Positions 1-7,788 of a DNA stretch of 62,279 nt are shown here, one piece after another; the first letter of the stretch is position 1, and every line of letters begins with the position of its first letter. The DNA is taken from assembly GCA_039187085.1 (NCBI GenBank), contig JBCCZV010000005.1, forward strand, positions 1 to 62,279, written 5' to 3'. Source of the stretch: Pseudomonadota bacterium (GTDB taxonomy: Bacteria; Pseudomonadota; Gammaproteobacteria; Enterobacterales; JBCCZV01). The notes under the pieces are model-generated. The model was not told where the DNA came from. It saw only the letters and a program-made list of their open reading frames with translations, and did no database searches. A program made the position numbers and the translations under genes.

Positions 1-2
1 AA

Positions 3-191
3 ATCTCAAGTCTTAATTATATTAATGAATTGAATATTGCGCACGAATACTACATGAAGATCCAATGTGATTCTGGTGTTTCACTTTATAGTGGTATTGT
101 TACATCGAGTAGCAGCGAATTTGATATAAAACCTGAACTCTTTGAAAAAACAGAAGATTCTGTAGATTCTGGTGAATTGGAATTCTTTTAA
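3..191 (+). CDS. 3' end of a window-truncated paralog of the downstream receiver/CheX-like gene
   Basis: The frame is open from the window edge to TAA 189-191. The C-terminus ...FDIKPELFEKTEDSVDSGELEFF* parallels ...WSPEKFNEDEKLVDDYLSSGELELL* of ORF 209..1171. Both share the nucleotide string ggtgaattggaatt just before the stop. Confidence 0.5.
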   Translation: MSSLNYINELNIAHEYYMKIQCDSGVSLYSGIVTSSSSEFDIKPELFEKTEDSVDSGELEFF

Positions 192-208
192 AAATTTGGA
201 GACGCCTT

Positions 209-1171
209 GTGGCAATAAAAAGTAAAGTCATCGTCCATGATAGTGACCCTGACGCACTCGCAAGAATCAAAGCTTTTCTCGATACCAATAATTTAATTGG
301 GCTAAGAACACATACTTGGGAAGTCGTGAAAACTCTTAATGAAAACGTTGATTTAGGTGCCGTTTTGCTAAGCGATTCTCCTGATGCTAATGGAGTGAGT
401 GGTATAGACATTGCCAAGCGTGTGCATGCCATACGTCGTGAATTGCCTATATTTTTAAGACGTACTTCAAAAACCGCTGATGATAATTTACCTGGTGATA
501 TTAAGGATGTGATATCCGGGACCTATAGTATCACAGATATGAATGAGTTAAGCGCATTAATAGAGCGTTACTTATTTGCACAGTACTATCCCGAAAAATT
601 GGTGACAGGTATACAAGAGATAACTGAAGAGGCACTACAATCAACTTTTAAATCTAGCCATGTTATGACAGAAACACCTATCGTGGTGCGTGATCAATTC
701 ATCTATGGTGAGTTATTTAGTTTAATCAGTTTAGATAGTGATTGGTGCCGCGGTTATATGATGATACAAACCGATGAATCTGCAGTCGCTGAGGTGATTC
801 GTACCGGAGGTACTTGGTTAGAAAGAACGCAAACGGATTTTCGTCATGTTAACAGCATACTGAGTGAAGTCACCAATATGGTGTGGGGCAATGTTAAATC
901 AAAATTTATGCGTGCATCTGAAACTAAAGAAGGTGTAACTAAAGCACAAGTGCCTATTATTATTAATCATGCGAGAAGATTTGTGTCTTTCGGAACAACA
1001 AATCCTCAATTAGTATTGCGTTATCAAGTTTTTGGTGCACAAAAACAAATTGAACCTATTTCGATTATTCAAAAATTTATTTTCAATTTAAATTGGTCTC
1101 CGGAAAAATTTAATGAAGATGAAAAACTTGTTGATGATTATCTAAGTTCTGGTGAATTGGAATTATTATAA
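209..1171 (+). CDS. Receiver-like N-terminal domain fused to a CheX-like (CheC/CheX/FliY-type phosphatase) domain
   Basis: GTG start. The N-terminus KVIVHDSD...AVLLSDSPD resembles a divergent REC domain. The C-terminal half contains ...SILSEVTNMVWGNVKSKF, matching the CheX ExxN...G active-site motif. It lies directly upstream of a CheY-like gene. Confidence 0.6.
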   Translation: MAIKSKVIVHDSDPDALARIKAFLDTNNLIGLRTHTWEVVKTLNENVDLGAVLLSDSPDANGVSGIDIAKRVHAIRRELPIFLRRTSKTADDNLPGDIKDVISGTYSITDMNELSALIERYLFAQYYPEKLVTGIQEITEEALQSTFKSSHVMTETPIVVRDQFIYGELFSLISLDSDWCRGYMMIQTDESAVAEVIRTGGTWLERTQTDFRHVNSILSEVTNMVWGNVKSKFMRASETKEGVTKAQVPIIINHARRFVSFGTTNPQLVLRYQVFGAQKQIEPISIIQKFIFNLNWSPEKFNEDEKLVDDYLSSGELELL

Positions 1172-1211
1172 ATCTATCGTTAAACCACCTTATGAAGTGA
1201 GAGGAATAACA

Positions 1212-1577
1212 ATGGCTCAAATATTAGTTGTCGATGACTCAGCGACAGTAAGAAATGAAGTAAGTGAATTTTTATCATCTAATGGTATAGCTGTGCAAAC
1301 GGCTGTTGATGGTAAAGATGGCTTGGATAAACTGAAATCTGACGCGACTATCAAGCTGGTAATTACTGATGTGAATATGCCAAATATGGATGGACTCACT
1401 ATGGCAGAAAAAATTCGTAGTGAACTGGGTAATAGTTCAGTTAACATTATCATGTTGACGACCGAGAATGACCCTAGAATGAAACAACGAGGTAAAGATG
1501 CGGGAGTCAAAGGTTGGATTGTTAAACCTTTTAAAGGCGATGCGGTTCTAGGAAGTATCCAGAAGCTTATAGGTTAA
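1212..1577 (+). CDS. Single-domain CheY-like response regulator
   Basis: MAQILVVDDSATVRN..., LVITDVNMPNMDG (phospho-Asp), IMLTTE (Thr), VKPF (Lys). SD gagagg lies about 7 nt upstream of ATG 1212. The ORF-track start at 1152 is probably an upstream extension. Confidence 0.9.
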   Translation: MAQILVVDDSATVRNEVSEFLSSNGIAVQTAVDGKDGLDKLKSDATIKLVITDVNMPNMDGLTMAEKIRSELGNSSVNIIMLTTENDPRMKQRGKDAGVKGWIVKPFKGDAVLGSIQKLIG

Positions 1578-1585
1578 TGAATAAC

Positions 1586-1620
1586 AAAGGAGTAGCTTAA
1601 TAAAATCAAGCTACTCCTTT
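1586..1620. terminator. Bidirectional intrinsic-terminator-like hairpin between convergent genes
   Basis: Perfect 13-bp stem aaaggagtagctt/aagctactccttt with a 9-nt loop. It is A/T-flanked on both sides and sits between the stop at 1577 (+) and the stop at 1629 (-). Confidence 0.7.
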
Positions 1621-1628
1621 AATTTGAA

Positions 1629-2093
1629 CTATAACGTCTTAAATACATGAGGTTGTAGAGATTTATTTGAGGTTTTATTATTTCTTTGTAGTAATAGCTC
1701 TTCAACATTGATTTGAGAAAGATTATTAATTCCTTTAAGTACTACAGACATTTTGTGTATGTTACCAACGGGTGTGAGTTTAGCAACACCTGAAAACAAC
1801 ATGGCGATGTCATTTCCAACGTTAGTTTCAATTAAAGTTTCTTTATGGTTTTCGTCATCTTGATAATGAATAGCAAGATGTAAATCGACCTGATTGCGAT
1901 TATAAACACGAATCCAAGCTGCAACGTTAAATTCTAAATGCCATTTTATAGGTTTTTTGAACAGTATTTTCCTAGTGTAATGATGCTCGGGAACTTCAGC
2001 TAATATCACATAGCTTTTTGTATTTTTTAACCTATAAAATATGTCTTCTTGAATGAATTTGTTCACACACAATCCTCCACAATATACTTGCAT
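1629..2093 (-). CDS. Hypothetical protein (154 aa), no family recognised
   Basis: Clean ORF convergent with the CheY gene. I could not recognise any motif. Confidence 0.45.
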   Translation of the reverse strand: MQVYCGGLCVNKFIQEDIFYRLKNTKSYVILAEVPEHHYTRKILFKKPIKWHLEFNVAAWIRVYNRNQVDLHLAIHYQDDENHKETLIETNVGNDIAMLFSGVAKLTPVGNIHKMSVVLKGINNLSQINVEELLLQRNNKTSNKSLQPHVFKTL

Positions 2094-2301
2094 TCATAAA
2101 GGCATTATTACGTTGTTTTAAGAATTTAGGTTAAGATGAAATACCCTAAAGTATGGATAATTGGTTATAGTTTTATAGGTAATGTTGTTTAATGCCTTTT
2201 GCAATCGAGTATAGTTAAAGGTCATTCAATGGATAGGAATAGAGTTCACACTTTAACAAAGAAGAAAGTATTAAAAAAAAATGATATAAGAGGTTAAGGA
2301 T

Positions 2302-2350
2302 GCATAAAAATCTCACAGGACCTAAGCGATAACCTTCAAGATTTTTATGC
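2302..2350 (-). terminator. AU-rich 12-bp inverted repeat downstream of the TorF-like porin gene (possible terminator)
   Basis: gcataaaaatct ...25 nt... agatttttatgc lies immediately after the stop at 2362. There is no clear U-tract, so the call is weak. Confidence 0.3.
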
Positions 2351-2361
2351 GAATTATTTGA

Positions 2362-2985
2362 TTAAAACGAAGCTGAAATGCCAGCAAAAACTTCACCATC
2401 GGCATACTCTGAATCTTCTTCGTGATCACTGTAACCTACGAATACTGAATAACTATCGTTAAATGCATAAGATACAGATAATGAGTAATCATAAACATCG
2501 TCACCTTCATCTGGAGAAAATGTACCATAGTGCAAATCTAAAGAAACTTTATCAATCAATTCATAGCTATAACCTAACTCGTAATAATGTGATTCTAAAG
2601 TTTCATCGTAATAATAGGTAAAACCAAAATCCAGGTAACTCAAACCTATATGATATTCTGTTGTGTGTTCGCCAACACCTGGGTAGTAATACCTTAGTAC
2701 GCCTACATCCACGCTAAAGTCATCAGAAACTGAAAAAGCATAGCCCCCATAAAAATCGATTTCACCGTTACCTGAATCTGATGAACCCCAAACACCTAAG
2801 TAAGCACCAGAAGAGTGGGATAAATCAAAACCACCTTGGGTTGCGGGTTCATCGTTAGAGAGAGAGACACCACGAAAAATATAATTACTAACAAGGCTGA
2901 CATTAGCGCTGACTTCAAATTCTTCAGCATGCGAAAAATTGGAAAATAAAGGAAGTGTTAAGAAAAGTATTGCTTTTTTATTCAT
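2362..2985 (-). CDS. TorF-family putative outer-membrane porin (Gcw_chp-type beta-barrel)
   Basis: Signal peptide ...FSHA|EE. Hallmark motif VSLVSNYIFRGVSLSNDEPATQGGFDL...GAYLGVWGSS...EIDFYGGY. Alternating aromatic beta-strand pattern and a C-terminal Phe. Confidence 0.8.
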   Translation of the reverse strand: MNKKAILFLTLPLFSNFSHAEEFEVSANVSLVSNYIFRGVSLSNDEPATQGGFDLSHSSGAYLGVWGSSDSGNGEIDFYGGYAFSVSDDFSVDVGVLRYYYPGVGEHTTEYHIGLSYLDFGFTYYYDETLESHYYELGYSYELIDKVSLDLHYGTFSPDEGDDVYDYSLSVSYAFNDSYSVFVGYSDHEEDSEYADGEVFAGISASF

Positions 2986-3093
2986 GAATTCACCTGCTAC
3001 AAAATCGAATTAAAGTATCCTTATTAATAACCTTAGCAAGTCCGATACCAAATTCGATTTTGTTTCAGAAAAAAGCAAGAGCAAGAGGTCTTT

Positions 3094-4137
3094 TTATTGA
3101 TTAATCAATTTATCATTGAGTTGCGAATGAAGAATTTTATCAGCTTCTTGCATCAAGCGAGAGTTTAATAAACTTTGGTCTGTGGCACTGACTTTAAAGC
3201 GCCAGGTTTGACTATTCATAAGCGCTTTCGAATCAGTATCTTGCACATCAATTGTTAATGTGCCTCTGGCCCAATACCAGCCTCCTCGCGGATTTAAAGT
3301 ATCCATGCTTAATTGCCCCAATAATTGATAGCCACCACTAAATTCGACGCGGTAACCGTCTTTTTTTAGTGCGCTTTTTAACGAGTTAGCAAGTTCTGAC
3401 TCGTAAGCACCTTTGGTTGAAATAGAAAATATAATTTGGTCAGCCAGTTTCAATCGTAGGGTTTTAAGTTCTTCTAATGGCCATTTTGGTGCGACTCCGA
3501 TTCCACTTGCATCAATAACTTGCAATTGTTGTTGATATCCAAAACGTTTTGTCTGTAATTTTATCGCTTTATCTAAGCTTCGTAATGTGGTGAGTTTTGG
3601 TGCATTTGAATGACTGGGTTTTAAAAGGAGCGCGGATGCTTGGTCGAGTTCAGAAATTTTATCGCTAAGTTGTTGATAGAGTTGCATTCTATTCAAGCTT
3701 GCTAAAGCAAAATACTCTTGTGTGGTTGGATTTTGCCAACTTTCCATAATGGTAATGCCTGACAGAGTTTGTTCAGTGCTAGCAATTAATTCGCGCTGCA
3801 AACTATTAGACTCTTCTGAATACTGCTGGTTTGCTGAGAAATTTATCGTCGCTTTTTGTTTATCAACAAGTACTTCATTAATAGCTACTTGAAAAACTTT
3901 GGCCAAGTCACTACGTGCTCTATCCTTAGCTAAGTCTAAAGTTGTAGCACTACCCACGCCAGTAAAATAGTTAGAAACTGGATATGTTTGGTTAGGATTT
4001 AAAATCCAACCGGGTGTTTGCGATATATCCTTAGTCGGTTGCGATGAACAACCACTAATGACTAGGAAAATAAAACAAGCAGTGAGTCGTTGGGTTTTTT
4101 TAAAGCAAGATATGAAGTGGGTGAACACATTTAGCAT
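3094..4137 (-). CDS. LPP20-like lipoprotein (long form)
   Basis: Lipobox LVISG|C. GWILNP...YFTGVGSATTLDLAKDRARSDLAKVF resembles the LPP20 domain. Start taken at Met13 of the tracked ORF (ATG 4137). Confidence 0.65.
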   Translation of the reverse strand: MLNVFTHFISCFKKTQRLTACFIFLVISGCSSQPTKDISQTPGWILNPNQTYPVSNYFTGVGSATTLDLAKDRARSDLAKVFQVAINEVLVDKQKATINFSANQQYSEESNSLQRELIASTEQTLSGITIMESWQNPTTQEYFALASLNRMQLYQQLSDKISELDQASALLLKPSHSNAPKLTTLRSLDKAIKLQTKRFGYQQQLQVIDASGIGVAPKWPLEELKTLRLKLADQIIFSISTKGAYESELANSLKSALKKDGYRVEFSGGYQLLGQLSMDTLNPRGGWYWARGTLTIDVQDTDSKALMNSQTWRFKVSATDQSLLNSRLMQEADKILHSQLNDKLINQ

Positions 4138-4182
4138 GGCTAGCCTCGTTGACAAAAAGTAAAAAAATGACACTCGAATGTT

Positions 4183-5415
4183 TTATCCATGCCAATAAAT
4201 CGATTGCACACTCAAACGGTCATTGCCTGGAGGTTGTAACAACTCGTCAGATACGTGTATCGATTCTTGATGCCATGGCACTCTAACCAGATAGAATTCA
4301 GCAGGTAATAAGCTCCATTGCCTTGTATCGGCAGTTTGTAAAACGGATGCGGCTAAATTGAATACATGCGCGAGAATCTCGCTTTGCTCTTCGGTTTTAT
4401 TGACAACGACTTGTGAAGCAATAAGTCGTGAAATAGCTTTAGCACGCATGCTTGGAAGTTGATCATCTAGTTGCCTTTCGATGGCCATTGACAAATCAAA
4501 ACCCAATTGTATGGCATAGGCATCGTCGTTAACTTTTAAAACACTATCGATGGCAGGTACAGAGCGATCGAGCAATTTGGGTACGGAGATATGTAGAATA
4601 TAACCTTCATCTGGGTGTAAAGCGGTTATTGAATTGGGTACCAGGCGAGGTACAAAGCCAACATGATAGACTAAGAGGCTTTCTTGAGTTGCGCACAGTC
4701 TCGCAGAGTCCGCTCCTTGAAAACGTTCTTTAAACGTTTTGAATTCCTCGTCTATGGAGAGTGTTTTTGCTAAACAGACGAGTTGATGCGCTAAATCGTT
4801 AGGAATAGTGATTCCTTCGATTTCGAAAGCTTTCAGAGATTGTTTAAAAGCAATATAAGCGTTGTCGATTTCATCAAGACCTTGGAAAACCACACCAGAG
4901 AGATAGCGAGCAAAACCCTCAACACCAAAATATTGATGTGTACCCAAACGCTTTAAATAGGCATCTAATTGCATCGCTTCGACTCGGGCGCTTTCAAAAT
5001 CATGGATCTCTAAAAAATTAAGCATTTGATAAACAAAAATTAACAAGGTATCTATAGGTGTTGCTTGGTAAGCTTTCGTGTTTTCGCTTAAGGTTAAGCT
5101 GGATAAGGTTCCCGTGATACTGGTTGCTTCAGAACCTAGAATAATCGCTTTTGCTTGAGCAAAACTCTCAATACTAGACTGATAATTTTTATCGTAACGA
5201 TAAATAACACCAGCATTTAACCAATAAAGTAAGCGGTCAAATGATGATGTTTTCAAAGACTCTATGGAAGCCAACGCTTTTTTTGGAGCTTCCATTACTA
5301 AATAATTTTCAGCTTGAGCCAGTTTGGCTTGAGAAGCACATCCTTGTAATTGACTTATGATAAGAAGTAAGCCAAGAAAGCTGATCCATCGTTTTGATGA
5401 GAAATCAATTTCCAT
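4183..5415 (-). CDS. Lipoprotein with TPR-like helical N-terminal region (COG3014-like uncharacterised family)
   Basis: Start taken at Met26 (ATG 5415), giving signal+lipobox LQG|CAS. Helical repeats (YWLNAGVIYRYDKNYQSSIESFAQAK). It is embedded between LpoB-like and LPP20-like genes. Confidence 0.6.
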   Translation of the reverse strand: MEIDFSSKRWISFLGLLLIISQLQGCASQAKLAQAENYLVMEAPKKALASIESLKTSSFDRLLYWLNAGVIYRYDKNYQSSIESFAQAKAIILGSEATSITGTLSSLTLSENTKAYQATPIDTLLIFVYQMLNFLEIHDFESARVEAMQLDAYLKRLGTHQYFGVEGFARYLSGVVFQGLDEIDNAYIAFKQSLKAFEIEGITIPNDLAHQLVCLAKTLSIDEEFKTFKERFQGADSARLCATQESLLVYHVGFVPRLVPNSITALHPDEGYILHISVPKLLDRSVPAIDSVLKVNDDAYAIQLGFDLSMAIERQLDDQLPSMRAKAISRLIASQVVVNKTEEQSEILAHVFNLAASVLQTADTRQWSLLPAEFYLVRVPWHQESIHVSDELLQPPGNDRLSVQSIYWHG

Positions 5416-5467
5416 TATTAGTATTCTTTTAATTAAATAAAAATGATATGGCTCGAACCGATTTAAT

Positions 5468-6073
5468 TTAAAAACGGTATTTTCTGCCACTAATAATTTT
5501 TTTGATTTTCTCCTGACCTAACCAAACTTTACGATTATCTTTCATGCTGATTAGAGTCAGATCAACTTGATAAAAAGTGACTTGTTGTTTATCCAGTGCA
5601 TCAACAATCGTATTAATACTACCAATCAACATATAATCAGCACCAATTTCTTGCCCCATGGCACTACGAGTTGCTTCACTCGCATTAAGGTCTTGATCGG
5701 CACGTTCATCACGGATTTGACCCCTTTCTTGGCTTGAAGCGACAAAGCTTACACGTCCAGAATTGATAAGTTCACGTTCAATATCGTTGATAAACGTATT
5801 GACATTAATGTGCTCATGACTGAGGTTTCGGATATTCCCAACAATCACAGTAGGCGCTTTTCCTGTTGCTCCACGATGTTCGCCTAACCATGCGCGACTG
5901 AGCATGTCGGTGACCATGGTAGCGGACACCATGCGTGAGTCGGTATCATTCCAGTAACCACTTAAATCTTGTGTTGTTCCAGGATCAACACGCTCTACAC
6001 TGGTGGTTTGACATCCCATGATGCTCAAAGTGAGTAGCAAAAGGCTAAAACGGGCATGCATTTTACTCAACAT
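5468..6073 (-). CDS. LpoB-like (COG3417) outer-membrane lipoprotein
   Basis: Lipobox SIMG|CQT. The core ...TVIVGNIRNLSHEHINVNTFINDIERELINSGRVSFV...GADYMLIGSI...YQVDLTLISM is typical of the penicillin-binding-protein-activator LpoB family fold. Confidence 0.7.
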   Translation of the reverse strand: MLSKMHARFSLLLLTLSIMGCQTTSVERVDPGTTQDLSGYWNDTDSRMVSATMVTDMLSRAWLGEHRGATGKAPTVIVGNIRNLSHEHINVNTFINDIERELINSGRVSFVASSQERGQIRDERADQDLNASEATRSAMGQEIGADYMLIGSINTIVDALDKQQVTFYQVDLTLISMKDNRKVWLGQEKIKKIISGRKYRF

Positions 6074-6104
6074 AAATTATCCTGCTTTATTGATTATGAC
6101 TAAA

Positions 6105-6662
6105 TTATTGGTCACTGATAAGTTGATCAAATAGCGAGTCGCTTTTTGATTCAAAAAATTGCTGGAAAGAATTATCCATTTGTTTAGCGGTTGAAACAAT
6201 GTTTTGAACTTTTGACATGTTCAATTCAGCCAGTGAATAGACACTTCCACTTTTTTGATCTTTCCAACGTGCGATGATTACTGCCCCTGAAACATTGAGT
6301 TTGGTGATATTTTCAATTTTTCGGGCAATAGATTGTTGAGAAATTTCGTTCTCTTGACTACCTGCTGAGGCAATGTAATCTCGTGATACCACTTCCATAT
6401 AACTCGACAGAGTTTTAGCCACCTCTGCTCGTGCTCGTGTATCTGCAGTACTACGCTGTAAAGAGGCGTCGAGCATTCTAGGTGCAAATCCTACACCATG
6501 AAATAATCTACCATCGTCGTTATTGAGCGCCTGATAACCTTCATTGACCCAATCGGGGGCATCGGCAATACCAAGATCACTTTCCACGCGTGTTTGGGTT
6601 GAGCAAGCTGAAAGTAGTGATGCGAGTAGAATAAAAACGCCAAAAGAATTAAGTTTGTTCAT
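6105..6662 (-). CDS. LPP20-like lipoprotein (short form)
   Basis: Start at Met28 (ATG 6662). Lipobox LLSA|CST. APDWVNEG...FHGVGFAP...LQRSTADTRARAEVAKTLSSYMEV parallels the motif in 3094..4137. Confidence 0.7.
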   Translation of the reverse strand: MNKLNSFGVFILLASLLSACSTQTRVESDLGIADAPDWVNEGYQALNNDDGRLFHGVGFAPRMLDASLQRSTADTRARAEVAKTLSSYMEVVSRDYIASAGSQENEISQQSIARKIENITKLNVSGAVIIARWKDQKSGSVYSLAELNMSKVQNIVSTAKQMDNSFQQFFESKSDSLFDQLISDQ

Positions 6663-6909
6663 AGAGAAACACCTGATGACTGATAAACCTTGACAATAAT
6701 ATACACAATTTAAAACATTTAGGAAAAATTTAGAGCAGCACATATGAATGCTATTTTACATGCGCTGACTGAATGATAACTGAATAGGTAAGTATCTTGG
6801 AAATCCTTTACAATTTGTTGACAATTCAAGTATGTAGATTTATAGGGAATATGAGTGAGAACTCGTGATTCGCTTATTTCCTTATAAGCGGTAGACAGGT
6901 TATTTGGAT

Positions 6910-7572
6910 TTAAGCTGAACGGCTTAGAGTTTCATAGTCATTAAACAAGTGGGAAAAACGATCGATATAATGGACATTTGTTCCATCTTCGTAGGAAAAA
7001 CTACGGCTATGTGAATAGTAAACACCGTGACTAATCAATTGATCTCTAAATAAATGAATAAAAGCATTAATATTATTGGCGAGACGTTTTTTTTCGTATT
7101 CTTCGTGCCCATAAACAATAATCTGCCCATAATCTCCTAAATGATCAGGATCCAGATCTACGGCAATGTGATTGCCAAATTCATCCGACGCGAAGGGTAT
7201 CCAGTATGGATTGGAATACTGTGGTTTGACATAACCGGGAGGCGTTGAAAAAGTGTCTTCAGCAAACGCTTCATTAAACATTCCAAGACCGCGCCATTCA
7301 TCCCAAGTCTCAACTAATTTGTCAAAACTGAGTAAACGCATACCAAAGAAAATACCACCAAAACGTCGCGATTGTTGGCCTCTTTGTAGCTGGTAAAAAA
7401 GTTTGAGGTCCAGAGGAACACAACAACCTAATTGATTTTCTATTAGAGACCAATCGTGATCGTGCTCCCAAGCATCTGCCCAAATCTCGTGAATGAGATC
7501 TTCACAGTGGAGTTTTAGCCAATCAATGACTGAGTACCAAGATTCAGTGAGGGAATGATTCATCGTTTTCAC
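6910..7572 (-). CDS. SMI1/KNR4 (SUKH superfamily) protein
   Basis: WSLIENQLGCCVPLDLKLFYQLQRG...GMRLLSFDKLVETWDEW...WIPFASDEFGNHIAVDLDP matches the SMI1_KNR4 domain pattern. Confidence 0.7.
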   Translation of the reverse strand: MKTMNHSLTESWYSVIDWLKLHCEDLIHEIWADAWEHDHDWSLIENQLGCCVPLDLKLFYQLQRGQQSRRFGGIFFGMRLLSFDKLVETWDEWRGLGMFNEAFAEDTFSTPPGYVKPQYSNPYWIPFASDEFGNHIAVDLDPDHLGDYGQIIVYGHEEYEKKRLANNINAFIHLFRDQLISHGVYYSHSRSFSYEDGTNVHYIDRFSHLFNDYETLSRSA

Positions 7573-7730
7573 TTATGTAAAGTCTGTATTGATTCAAATG
7601 CTTATAGCGCCATTATGTATAAGTGTCTCATGATCATGCATAATGTTCTGATACGCTTTTCTCAGATAAAAATTGAATCATTTGGTATAAAACGACATAA
7701 AAAACAGTGGAAAAAACATATTTCATGACG

Positions 7731-7759
7731 AAAAAAAGCCCACTGAACAAAGTGGGCTT
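7731..7759 (-). terminator. Rho-independent terminator of the 7789..9195 gene
   Basis: On the minus strand: aagcccact-ttgttc-agtgggctt followed by ttttttt. It lies about 30 nt after the stop. Confidence 0.85.
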
Positions 7760-7788
7760 ATGAGTTCAAAGAAGATTTTAATTTGTGA

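Noticed and set aside
1629-2093. Possible PilZ or other c-di-GMP/chemotaxis-related function for the 154-aa protein next to the CheY module
   Set aside because: I could not find RxxxR...(D/N)xSxxG or any other diagnostic motif, so it is left as hypothetical.
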